Shown: positions 1 through 8,957 of the stretch, one piece after another
Position numbering within the stretch: position 1 is the stretch's first letter
Layout of the letters: each line of letters begins with the position of its first letter
Origin: Thermoanaerobaculia bacterium
GTDB taxonomy: Bacteria > Acidobacteriota > Thermoanaerobaculia > Multivoradales > Multivoraceae
NCBI GenBank assembly: GCA_963664405.1
Contig: OY761158.1
Coordinates: 3,936,001 to 4,000,000 of the forward strand
Reading direction: 5' to 3'
Length of the DNA: 64,000 nucleotides
Position numbers and translations under genes: made by a program
The notes under the pieces: generated by a model
The model's input: only the letters and a program-made list of their open reading frames with translations
Database searches by the model: none
Told to the model about the DNA's origin: nothing

Positions 1-1
1 G

Positions 2-940
2 CGTCTCTACGAGCGAGGAAGCGCGTGGATCGACGATCATCTGTGGAACGGCGAGTACTACATTCAGCTCATTCAGGGCCAGCCGCTCGAGGGCATCGCC
101 CCTGGTCTGTACCTGGCGGGTCGCAAGACCGGCGACCCGACTCGCCCCGTGAACCAGGTGGGCGAAGGCTGTTTGGTGGATCAGCTCCTGGGCCAGACAG
201 TGGCGGATGCTGCCGGTCTCGGCGACTTGCTTGATTCAGAGCACCTACGCGGTGCCCTCACCTCGATCCTCGACAACAACTTCAAGCGTGACCTCAGCGA
301 GCATGCCGGCGTTCTGCGCACCTACGCCCTCGGCGATGAGGCGGGCGTGGTGCTCTGCGATTTTTCCCGCCGTCCGCCGCCCGACACGCCTTTCTACTTC
401 TCCTCCGAGGTGTGGACCGGCTGCGAGTATCAGCTCGCGGCGAGCCTCTACCATCGCCGTCGTCTGAGCGAGGCCGACGAGATCGTGGAGGCGGTGCGCC
501 TGCGTCACGACGGGCTACGGCGCAACCCTTGGGACGAGGCAGAGTGCGGCCACCACTACGCCAGAGCGCTGGCGTCGTGGTATTGCGTCCTGGCTCTGTG
601 CGGCTTCAGTTACGGGGCCCACGACGAGCGTCTGGAGCTCGACCCGAAGCTTCCAGGTCCCATCCGGCGCGGCTTCTGGAGCGTACCCTCGGGATGGGGG
701 AGCTTCACCCACAGCGTTGAGCGAGAGGTCGGCGAGATAACAATCGAGGCGCTCGAGGGTCGGCTCGCCCTGCGTCATCTCGAGCTCGGAGGTGTCGAGG
801 GCTCGACGGAGGTCTCGGTCCGTCTCGGCTCTGTCGGGATCGGCGCTTCCGCGACCCGCGCCGATGACCGGATCCAGGTGGAGCTCGCCCAGCGCATCGA
901 GGTCGATGCGGGCCACACCCTGCGCCTGAGTATCTCTTAG
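2..940 (+). CDS. GH116 (non-lysosomal glucosylceramidase/beta-glucosidase-like) C-terminal part, 5'-truncated by window edge
   Basis: Frame open from base 2 (RLYERGSAWIDDHLWNGEYYIQ); motifs GCLVDQLLGQ, EVWTGCEY, RHDGLRRNPWDEAECGHHYARALASW. Confidence 0.85.
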   Translation, partial: RLYERGSAWIDDHLWNGEYYIQLIQGQPLEGIAPGLYLAGRKTGDPTRPVNQVGEGCLVDQLLGQTVADAAGLGDLLDSEHLRGALTSILDNNFKRDLSEHAGVLRTYALGDEAGVVLCDFSRRPPPDTPFYFSSEVWTGCEYQLAASLYHRRRLSEADEIVEAVRLRHDGLRRNPWDEAECGHHYARALASWYCVLALCGFSYGAHDERLELDPKLPGPIRRGFWSVPSGWGSFTHSVEREVGEITIEALEGRLALRHLELGGVEGSTEVSVRLGSVGIGASATRADDRIQVELAQRIEVDAGHTLRLSIS

Positions 941-1093
941 CTGCAGCCTCCTTCCCCCTGACAACGTAGGTGCTGACATGGCGAGAACTCTTCTCGACGG
1001 CGCGCGTGCGCTCCGTCTCACTGCCTTCGACGGTCTCCTTCAAGATCTGCGCTTTGCCCTGCGAAGCCTTCGCCGGAATCCTGGTTTTTCGGC

Positions 1094-1309
1094 TTGGTCC
1101 TGACCGGGGTGGGACTCGGTATCGGCGTCGTGCTCGCGCTGCTCATCGGGCGAAGTGTTGCGGTTGTGCTTTATGAGGTCAGCCCGAGCGATCCGGCGAC
1201 CTTCTTGCTCGCGTCGATCGTCCTGGCGGCGGTCGCCCTCGTCGCCGCGTATCTACCGGCGCGCCGCGCGACGCGCGTTGCACCGACTACGGCGTTGCGT
1301 TACGAGTGA
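1094..1309 (+). pseudogene. C-terminal fragment of ABC/FtsX-type permease (ADOP-like)
   Basis: Ends LYEVSPSDPATF...AAYLPARRATRVAPTTALRYE; rest of gene absent. Confidence 0.8.
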
Positions 1310-1338
1310 GGCGTTGACCAACTACGGCTGAGAGTCCT

Positions 1339-1761
1339 CTAGCCCTCGGGACACGCGCTCGACGTCGCAGCGGTCAGGGCGGCGCGAGGAGACAGCCCTA
1401 CATCGACGAAGCTCTCGATCTCGCGGAGGGTGAAGAGGCCCGGGGGAGCTTGGCCGAAGGTGTCAGTGCCGACGACGATGCGGGCGCCTGCCTGATGGAG
1501 TAAGAGAACATTCTTGCGCCGCGACTCGACCTGGACCGAGTTGGGACCGAAGAGAGCCGCAACTCCGAGCGTCGGAACATAGGACGCGTTCTTCTCGACC
1601 AACAGACGAGCCAGCCGATCGCCGTCCAGGGGGCTTTTGACACCGTGCTCCAGTCCCGCGGCTCCTGCTTCGAGCACCTCGATGGCACTTTCGACGTCTC
1701 CGGTGTGTACAGTCACCGGAAGCCCGAGCTTCGTCGCTTCGTGGAGAAGGGCGCGCATCAC
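1339..1761 (-). pseudogene. Amidohydrolase-family fragment
   Basis: GLPVTVH, GLEHG, YVPTL, IVVGTD, GLSPRAALTAAT motifs; both ends missing. Confidence 0.75.
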
Positions 1762-1831
1762 CTCCGGCCGCAGCTACTCGGCTAACTGTCGCCGCTCCCA
1801 CCCACAAGCTAGGTGGCCGATCTCTTGCTGG

Positions 1832-2173
1832 CTAGAGCTCACCTAGCCGGCGCAGCTTTTCGCCGACCTCGGTCAGGATGCTCGCGGGCAGCGGCCCGAG
1901 CGCGCGCACGAGCCGGCGGTTGTCGATCGCTCGGCTCTGGTCGATCATGACCTCGCACTCCTGCTGGTTGCCGCCGATTCCGCGAGGCAGCACGACACGC
2001 AGCTGATTCTCACCGGTGAGTCGAGTCGTGCACGGCAAGATCCAGGTCGAGGGGTGGCTGACCTCGTTCAGCAGGTCGGTCTGGATGACCAAGACGGGGC
2101 GGGTCTTGCCTGGCTCGGTCCCTGTGAGCGGGTCGAGATCCGCCAGGTAGAGCACCCCGCGTCGGGCTTTCAC
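1832..2173 (-). CDS. PemK/MazF-family toxin (type II TA)
   Basis: RRGVLYLADLDP.TGTEPGKTRPVLVIQ and DQSRAID motifs. Confidence 0.9.
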   Translation of the reverse strand: MKARRGVLYLADLDPLTGTEPGKTRPVLVIQTDLLNEVSHPSTWILPCTTRLTGENQLRVVLPRGIGGNQQECEVMIDQSRAIDNRRLVRALGPLPASILTEVGEKLRRLGEL

Positions 2174-2424
2174 GACTCGGACAGGCCCTCTCCGGAGAGG
2201 TGATCGAGCTCCTCGAGCTCTGCCGCGAGCGACGCGCGCGTAGCCAGGGACGCGCTGCGGTAGGCCTCGCGGAGCGCCTCCCTTTCGGTGACGTCGCGAA
2301 GCAGGCGCAGGCCGCGGCGCACCACCTCGACCTTGGTCTTCGCCTTGAGTTGCGCCTGGAGCTCGAGAACCAGCTTCAGCTCCGCGGGCGGCAGGGTGAT
2401 GCTCGATTTGGTATTCGATTTCAT
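2170..2424 (-). CDS. Cognate antitoxin (RHH/CopG-like)
   Basis: 84 aa, SSITLP...KVEVVRRGL; overlaps toxin start (GTGA). Confidence 0.75.
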   Translation of the reverse strand: MKSNTKSSITLPPAELKLVLELQAQLKAKTKVEVVRRGLRLLRDVTEREALREAYRSASLATRASLAAELEELDHLSGEGLSES

Positions 2425-2898
2425 ACCATTAGCATACCTGTTGTCCTCTGCTCGTCAAGGCTTTCGGTGGCGAGCCCGGTCAAGTCATGCTCACTCCCGA
2501 GCAGTGACGCTGGCCCTCGAGTGAGGTAGTCGCTTTACGACACACACTGATGAGAGCCTACTCCTCGACTCGCCCGAGAGGCTCCTACCACCCGAACGCG
2601 GAACTGGCGGAAAACTCTACGGACTCGAGCTGGCCCGTCGCCTCCTGCCGATTGTCGAGAGCCTCATGGCCACCCGTCTCGCCGCCGAGAAGGAAGCACG
2701 TCAGCTCCCCGAGTCCGACTGAGTCGTCGGACCGTCAACGCCATTTTCATCTCAACATCCGAGACTGCGATAGCATCGGTTGCGACGAATGGGAAACCCG
2801 GTGGACCCGGTAGCTATGTTCTGAGACTCTCCTGGCGGCGGCCGGATCTCGCGGTCTGTTTCTTTGTTCTCGCCCACGGAGCCTGGGTCGCGAGCCGG

Positions 2899-4638
2899 TT
2901 GCTCTATCCGGATCCGGCCCTTTATTACCCGTTCGAAGACGGAGACACAGCGGACTGGATCGCAAACGGGCTGTTTCTCGCCGGCTACGACGTTCGCTGT
3001 TCGGCGCGTCCTCCGCTCTTCCCCTTCCTGATCGCCGTTCTCTACCGGGCAGGGCTATTGGGGGTCCTTGCGGCGCTGGTGCAGCTGGCGACTCATCTGA
3101 CCACGCTGGGGCTTTACTTCACACTGGCGCGGCGTCACGGACGAGCGGTGGGAGGGATGGTCGCCGCCTGGTTTCTTCTCGGTAGTGACTGGCAGCGACT
3201 CTCCTTCACCTTAATGGCGGATGTGCCGGCCTCGTGTCTGCTGGCTTGGGCGTTGCTCGCTTGGCTAGCGCCGGAGGGAGCGCCGAGATACGTTCTCGCC
3301 GGCTTCTTCGCAGGTCTCTCGGCGGTTACCCAGCCGGTCGCCCTTCTTTTCGCTCTCCCGGCGGCGGGCGTCGTCATCGCCTTCGATCGTAGTCATCTGC
3401 GCTCTCCGCGTCTGTGGATAGGCGCGGCCCTCTTCGTCGCTCCCGCGCTCGCATGGCGGCTCTACCGCTCGATCGCCCTCGGTTTTAGTGGCGACGTTCT
3501 AACCCGGCATTGGAGCCTCATCGAGCTCCATGGCGACGCTCTTGGCTTCTATCTGTGGAGCTTCCTCGCCTTGGTCGGCATCCCCGCCGCCCTACTCGCT
3601 GTCTCGGGTCTCTGGTCACTACTGCGCCGCATGCGCCAAGATCCCGCCGCAGCTCTCATCGTTGGCGCCCTGGCCAGCATTCTCGTCTTCTTCATCTTCC
3701 TCTACGGTTTCGCGAGCGTTCGCTTTCTGAGCTACGTCGTTCCGTTGACCGCACTTTGTATGGGCGAGAGTTTGAGCCGGGCCGGGAGACGATGTCGCTG
3801 GCTGTTTGGGATGGCCGCGATCTTGTTCGTCGCCTGTCCGACTCCGGGTTCGATCGCCGACGCACATCGGGTGAGTCTGTGGCCTGCGCCCATGATCTGG
3901 GCGGAGGCTGGACCCGGTCGGGGGCCCTCGGGAGCCGTCGGCTTGCAGTCTGTGTCGCTGGTCACCAATCCTCGACTACCCTGGGAGGTCTCGAACTATG
4001 CCCTGCTCGAGCGGACGTGGCGAAAGGAGCGGCCCACCCGGGAGTTCGATCCTTCTCTCGTAGGGGGGGACCGCTCCGCTCTCCTCTTCTACAGCACTCT
4101 CGAGGAGGCACCGGCCCGCTCTCAAGCGATCCCGCTCGGCAATCTGTTGCACAAACAGGTCGGGTATCTTCCCGCCTCCGTCGCTGCGGCCCTGTCTCCG
4201 TTGGTCGAGCTCGAGTCAGTCGGGGGGCTTGCGGAGCACGTCCTCTACCGAGCGCGAGTTGCAGATGTTGATGACAGATGGATTTTCGCCGCTCGTGCTG
4301 GCAGTGTTTCGGCAGCGAGCTTGAGGCGGCGGGCACTGGATGAGACGCCGGCGGCGACTATCGCGGGCGACGATCTGGCTGTTGCCGAAGCGCTCGCCAG
4401 CGCCCTCGAGGGACGTCACATCGTCATCTATGCGAGCACGCGCGGCCTCCACATCTGGCAAGCGCTAGTGCCACTTCTGCTACGCCGAACTCCGGAGGTG
4501 GTGGTAGTGGAGCCCGAGCGCGCGTCGGACATCAAGCGGACTCTTGGGTCCGGCAAGCCGATGGGTGAGATCGCTGGCGTGCCGCTCGCCGAACATCGGC
4601 TCTTCGACTGGGATTGGGTGGTGCTGGGCGAGAGGTGA
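2899..4638 (+). CDS. Multi-pass membrane glycosyltransferase-like protein (GT-C/PMT-like); start uncertain
   Basis: RPPLFPFL loop, many hydrophobic segments, RFLSYVVP; frame is open further upstream. Confidence 0.65.
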   Translation: MLYPDPALYYPFEDGDTADWIANGLFLAGYDVRCSARPPLFPFLIAVLYRAGLLGVLAALVQLATHLTTLGLYFTLARRHGRAVGGMVAAWFLLGSDWQRLSFTLMADVPASCLLAWALLAWLAPEGAPRYVLAGFFAGLSAVTQPVALLFALPAAGVVIAFDRSHLRSPRLWIGAALFVAPALAWRLYRSIALGFSGDVLTRHWSLIELHGDALGFYLWSFLALVGIPAALLAVSGLWSLLRRMRQDPAAALIVGALASILVFFIFLYGFASVRFLSYVVPLTALCMGESLSRAGRRCRWLFGMAAILFVACPTPGSIADAHRVSLWPAPMIWAEAGPGRGPSGAVGLQSVSLVTNPRLPWEVSNYALLERTWRKERPTREFDPSLVGGDRSALLFYSTLEEAPARSQAIPLGNLLHKQVGYLPASVAAALSPLVELESVGGLAEHVLYRARVADVDDRWIFAARAGSVSAASLRRRALDETPAATIAGDDLAVAEALASALEGRHIVIYASTRGLHIWQALVPLLLRRTPEVVVVEPERASDIKRTLGSGKPMGEIAGVPLAEHRLFDWDWVVLGER

Positions 4639-4960
4639 TCGCATCAACGTGAGCGCATTCTGACCTCCTCTCGCTTGACCGCGTCCCGTAAACCTGGACC
4701 GGTTTTGGGGCGCCCGGGAGCCTTGACGTGCGACAACGGCACGGAATTCAACTCTCTCGGGCTTCGACTCCTGGGCTGGGAGGTGTGATGTCAGCGACCC
4801 CAGGCAGCCTTCGGCTGCTGCTTGGGTGCCAGCCGAAAATTTGGGGACGCGATGCGGACACCCGGCCGTCACCTGTTCGGGTGGCGCCTGGCTCGCGAAG
4901 ACGAGCCGAAGACGAGCCGGGCCTGCTAGCGGCTGTCATCTTGGACCAGTATTCGGCTAG

Positions 4961-6514
4961 GAGTCTGCGCGGCAGGAGTGCGGGTACGGTGAAGCTTCGA
5001 TCGCGCTGCAGAATGGACGCCGCATTGGGTTTCGGATGGCGGAGAGTGCGTTGAGCAAGCCTGACGAGGCGTCAGGAAGCGCGATGCGGGTCGTATAGTG
5101 AGCTCTAACTCGGTGGCATGGCCCGGAGCGGCTCATGAAGCCGCTTGGAGGACGTGGAAGCGCTTCAAGTTGACGGCCAGACACACCAGATCCCACTCGT
5201 GGCCGACATTGTCTTGGCCCCGGAGGCTGAATCGTCGGAAGCCCAGCACCTCTTTGATCCACCCGATCACCGGTTCCACGACCGCCTTGCGCCGTCGGTA
5301 GCGTTGCTTGCCGGCCTCGCTGGCGAGTTTGATCTGCATGCGGTGAGACGCTTCGAGCTGCGTACTCACTTCCCACTTCTTTCCCTCTCGACCCAAGGAG
5401 ATGTGAGCGTCAATGCTTCGCTCCTCGAGTTCGAGGAATGTCGCCTCGCTGCGATACCCCGCGTCCGCCAAGACCTGCTCGGGATCCTCCCCCAGCGCCG
5501 CCTTCGCCCGGGAGAGCAACGGCATCATCTGGTCCACGTCCGCGGCGTTGTTCGTCAGGCTCGTCGAGACGATCATCTGCGACTCTTCCTCCACCGCCAA
5601 CTGGCCGTTGTAGCACTGATCGTAGCCATGGACCGTTTTCATGATCCGACTCTGCGGATCGGTGAAGTTGTCTTGGGCCCGGTCCTCCGGAACACCGAAA
5701 TCGCGCGCGAAGGGGCGTCCGCGACGAGGCGGATCGTCGTCGTCATCCTCCGTACGGCCGCGCGCGCGGTCCTTCTCGGCCTGGCGCGCCTCGAGGCGCG
5801 CCTTCGCCTCCTGGATCTTCGCCAAGCGCTGCTCGCGCCGTTGCAGCTCGGCCGGCAGCTCATCGCCGCGCAGCTGCGCTCCATGCTCGGCATCCTCAGC
5901 CGTATCCACCGCCTCGGCCTGCGCCATCAGCGCGGCGATCTCCTCCTCCAGACGCTTCTCCTCCTCCAGCATTCGACCGTAGCTCATCGACTTGCGCTTG
6001 CTCGCGTTGGCCTTGACCTTCGTACCGTCCACCACCAACGTCCCCAGACGCAACACCCCGGCCTCACGCGCGATCTGCACCACCTGCACGAACAGTGCGT
6101 GGAAGGCCGCCAAATGAAGCTGACGAAACTCACAAATCGTGCGATGCGCCGGAGAGTTGCCCGCCGCCAGAAAACGATAGGCCACGTCCTCCTCGAGCTT
6201 GCGCGCGATGCCACGCGACGAATACGTCCCCGTCGCATACGCATACAGCAAAACCTTCACCATCATCCGAGGATCGAACGGCTGATTCCGACGACCATCC
6301 CCCTCGTAACGAGCGTAGAACGACGACAGATCCAGCGCCTCCACCGTCTCGGAGATGAAGTACACCAAGTGACCCTCCGGCAACCAGTCACGAGGGCTCG
6401 GAGCTAACAGATACAGCTGATCCGGGGCATACGGACGAAATGACGTTGGCATGCCACAACTCTACTCCGTCTTCGATCTCTTCACTAAACACTCCGTTTC
6501 TGCCGCGCAGACTC
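4961..6514 (-). mobile_element. IS1182-family insertion sequence
   Basis: Perfect 15-bp TIR GAGTCTGCGCGGCAG (4961-4975 / 6500-6514); CTAG duplicated on both flanks. Confidence 0.95.
5133..6452 (-). CDS. IS1182-family transposase
   Basis: DWLPEGHL, PRMMVKVLLYAY, SSRGIA, VDGTKVKANASK, LADAGY, RRKAVVEPV. Confidence 0.95.
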   Translation of the reverse strand: MPTSFRPYAPDQLYLLAPSPRDWLPEGHLVYFISETVEALDLSSFYARYEGDGRRNQPFDPRMMVKVLLYAYATGTYSSRGIARKLEEDVAYRFLAAGNSPAHRTICEFRQLHLAAFHALFVQVVQIAREAGVLRLGTLVVDGTKVKANASKRKSMSYGRMLEEEKRLEEEIAALMAQAEAVDTAEDAEHGAQLRGDELPAELQRREQRLAKIQEAKARLEARQAEKDRARGRTEDDDDDPPRRGRPFARDFGVPEDRAQDNFTDPQSRIMKTVHGYDQCYNGQLAVEEESQMIVSTSLTNNAADVDQMMPLLSRAKAALGEDPEQVLADAGYRSEATFLELEERSIDAHISLGREGKKWEVSTQLEASHRMQIKLASEAGKQRYRRRKAVVEPVIGWIKEVLGFRRFSLRGQDNVGHEWDLVCLAVNLKRFHVLQAAS

Positions 6515-7030
6515 CTAGTCGCCCACAATCTCCCAGACCTCCACGGTCAGGCCGGGAGGTTCATCATCATGCGAGGGTTGGAGCATGCCCCGAACGCGAA
6601 TCTTCTGGCCGAGCTCTTCGACGCTCGCTGCCAGGTCGTCGAAGTGTTCTCCACCACTCAGGACGAGCCCCTTCGGCTCATGAGCTAGTTCGAGGACAAG
6701 GAAATCCCCATCTTGGGACACCGGCCCAACCGCTGTGACTTCGATGTCCACTGCGGTGAATCCAGCATCCCGCACTTCTTTTCGAATTCTCTCTGGGTGG
6801 AAGCCGGTGCCCACCTTTGCTACGACCACGGCGGTTGCCGATGCGAAATCAACCTCGGCACGTTCGACGCCGTCCAGGCGTCGCAGGGCCCGTTCGGCCC
6901 CTCGCGCTCAGAGGGGTCACGTCAGGCCGTCGATTCCGAGCTCCGCTCGCTCGACCTGCGCCACGGCTGCCATTGCGGCCATGAGCCACAGCAGCAGTAC
7001 CGCCGATAGGACGCGTTTCGAATTGGTCAT
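6515..7030 (-). CDS. Secreted heavy-metal-associated (HMA) domain selenoprotein with UxxU motif, 171 aa
   Basis: RBS GAGAGG + ATG at 7030; signal peptide; ELGIDGLT-U-P-L-U-ARGAERALRRLDGVERAEVDF...IRKEVRDAGF; in-frame TGA at 6919-6917 and 6910-6908 occupy both Cys positions of GMTCxxC. Confidence 0.85.
6864..6916 (-). promoter_or_regulatory. Candidate bacterial SECIS hairpin(s) downstream of the two UGA codons
   Basis: Perfect stem CGACGCC-UGGAC-GGCGUCG (loop ~32 nt after 2nd UGA); weaker AGGGGCC-GAAC-GGGCCCU (loop ~22 nt after 1st UGA). Confidence 0.55.
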
Positions 7031-7057
7031 TGCGCCTCTCCCTTGTCCACTGTCATT

Positions 7058-7933
7058 CTAGAAAAGCCATCGTACGCCCAAGATGGCACTGACCTTGGGC
7101 TCTGGTTGAATTCCGTTCAAGTCGACGAAGACTGGAACCGGCAGCGAAAGCTCGAGCACGAACCGTCGCGAGAGCAGCAACTCGATTCCCGGCGAAACGT
7201 ATAGGACCGTTCCTCCGGAGTCCGACAAGGTTACACCGGCGACCTCCGAGCGAGCGACGGATTCCCCGTTCAGCTCGAGCACCGCCAGCGTCATCGGCTC
7301 TCCGGGCCCTTCGCGCGGGAAGACCCGGCGCAGGTACGCAAGATCGAAGCGAAATCGATCACCGGATCGAAGGCCGTCGTCATCCTCTCCACGCCGTGTG
7401 AACTGCACGTCGGAGACGATCCAGTCTGGATCGCGAATGTGCGAGAAGACGAGTCCCGCAATCACATCGGTAGAGCCCCTGCCGAAAGTACCGCCCGTGG
7501 GCAGCTTGAGGCCGATCTCGGGCGCGAGGCGCGTCGAACCCGCCCGTACGTTCCGACGCAGCACGTCGTAGCGGGCGAAGATCGTGCTGTCCGCCGTGCC
7601 GCTGCTGACTGTTCGCGCGCCTGAACCGTCCGGGTCGTTCCGCTCTAGCCGCACCAGCGGTGTCACCAGACTGAGACTGAGGTGAGGGCGCGCTCCCCAC
7701 ACAACAGCGTTGATACTGCGCCATCGCTCGAGGTGTTCATCCGGGCGCGGCTCTTCGAAAGCGTCGTACCGGACCAGCGATCGTACGAGAACTCCCCGGT
7801 TGAAGAGAGTGCGCCCCGAGGGCGCCACGATTTGCGCGCTCGCGAGCGCAGCGGGCGCGAGAACCAGGGCGGTCCCTACGGTGCACTTCAGCCACATGAC
7901 CGATGAACCTACGTACCGATCACGGTTTGTCAT
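7058..7933 (-). CDS. Putative outer-membrane beta-barrel transporter (MetA-pathway/phenol-degradation-like)
   Basis: Signal peptide, GTADSTIFARY, GLKLPTG, LYVSPG, C-terminal ILGVRWLF; ATG overlaps MerR stop. Confidence 0.7.
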   Translation of the reverse strand: MTNRDRYVGSSVMWLKCTVGTALVLAPAALASAQIVAPSGRTLFNRGVLVRSLVRYDAFEEPRPDEHLERWRSINAVVWGARPHLSLSLVTPLVRLERNDPDGSGARTVSSGTADSTIFARYDVLRRNVRAGSTRLAPEIGLKLPTGGTFGRGSTDVIAGLVFSHIRDPDWIVSDVQFTRRGEDDDGLRSGDRFRFDLAYLRRVFPREGPGEPMTLAVLELNGESVARSEVAGVTLSDSGGTVLYVSPGIELLLSRRFVLELSLPVPVFVDLNGIQPEPKVSAILGVRWLF

Positions 7934-8342
7934 GGCCACAGGATTGTGTGCCGTCGAGTGCGGCCAGAATCGCGCACTGCGACACGGGAGCCTCGCCATT
8001 ACATTTGGCGGTCAGTCGCTCTAGAAGACGGCGCATTTCCCTGAGCTCTACCAACCGGAGGTCGATCTCTGCGATGCGTGCCTCGGCGACAGCTTTCACC
8101 GAGCCGGCGTTCTGTCTGGAAGCGCGCAGCTCGAGAAGCTCCTTGATCTCGCTAAGCGAGAATCCGACTGCTTTCGCCCGGCGGATGAATCGCAGGCGCG
8201 ACACCGCTTCGGGGGGATACTGACGGTAGCCGGAGGAACTGCGAGGGGGCTCATCCAAGAGGCCCGTCTTTTCATAAAAACGCACGGTTTCCACACCGAC
8301 GTCTCCGGCGCGTGCGAGCTTGCCTATTGTGAGTCGCTGCAT
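7920..8342 (-). CDS. MerR-family metal-responsive regulator (CueR-like)
   Basis: TIGKLA...VETVRFYE.GLL, GYRQY, GFSLSEI; C-x8-C metal loop (CNGEAPVSQC) and SCGH tail; GGAGG RBS. Confidence 0.92.
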   Translation of the reverse strand: MQRLTIGKLARAGDVGVETVRFYEKTGLLDEPPRSSSGYRQYPPEAVSRLRFIRRAKAVGFSLSEIKELLELRASRQNAGSVKAVAEARIAEIDLRLVELREMRRLLERLTAKCNGEAPVSQCAILAALDGTQSCGHDKP

Positions 8343-8359
8343 CGACACCTCCAGATGAG

Positions 8360-8391
8360 AGCCTAAACCCTGGAGACAGGTACGGAGTCAA
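8360..8391 (-). promoter_or_regulatory. MerR-type long-spacer promoter/operator
   Basis: TTGACT-20 bp (CCGTACCTGTCTCCAGGGTT)-TAGGCT with imperfect dyad in the spacer. Confidence 0.8.
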
Positions 8392-8487
8392 ATGATGCGA
8401 CTCACAGAAACCGGCCCGGTCAACGCGACTCGCTGTCTGATTGCCGAACACTTCGTCATTGACACGCCGTTAAGTTTTTTGTTTTGT

Positions 8488-8536
8488 TGGTGGAGCCGAA
8501 GGGAATCGAACCCTCGACCTCTTGAATGCCATTCAA
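8488..8536 (-). mobile_element. att site: duplicated 3' 49 bp of tRNA-Ala(GGC), distal boundary of island B
   Basis: Identical to 54927-54975. Confidence 0.93.
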
Positions 8537-8776
8537 CCATGGGGGCGTTTGGCTGAGTTCTACGAGTGAGGCTCAGTTGCTCTGAGTCAGTAAGTACAGG
8601 GACTTACGGCTGCGTGCTCCTCGGATGAGCCAGTCGGAGTTGAGGCAGTTTGGCTGAGTTGATGAGCAGGAGGTGAGCAGCTCGTCGGGTAGGGGACCAG
8701 CGACGGCTTCAGATCGGTGCCATCCTGGAGCGGGCTCCCGCAGAGGTCGAAACGACGCCGGTGCTGAGAGGTCAGG

Positions 8777-8957
8777 TGTCGCACCTTCGCACATATTGCG
8801 ACAAACTGTCGTCTTTCGCCCCTGGGCCAACACGACAGTCCAACGTCTACGGGCCTTTCCGAGCATCGGTGGCGTCTTATGTGGTGGACTACGACACCAC
8901 GGATCGAGCTCTGGGCCGCTGATCCCAACGGGCGACGGGTAAGATGTGGCCAAGTCA
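8777..8957 (+). repeat. Box-site A (boxes at 8777-8803, 8807-8837, 8870-8896, plus downstream promoter-like module)
   Basis: TGTCG...CGACA boxes followed by GATCGAGCT...CTGATCC...GGTAAGATG. Confidence 0.75.

Noticed and set aside
4709-4735. GTGCGACA as a further box
   Set aside because: Left half lacks TGTCG and the GGYG core; no partner box
5145-6407. 420-aa ORF antisense to the IS1182 transposase (similar long shadows at 38954-40669, 42153-43802 and 56222-58588)
   Set aside because: Mirror-frame ORFs expected in high-GC genes; no motifs, and they fully overlap well-supported genes
6908-6919. HMA gene as a nonsense-mutated pseudogene
   Set aside because: Both stops are TGA at the two metal-ligand Cys positions, the rest of the frame is intact, and SECIS-like hairpins and selC are present
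8488-8536. Additional tRNA genes at 8488 and 45680
   Set aside because: Only the 3' part is present (no 5' acceptor strand or D arm); these are att sites
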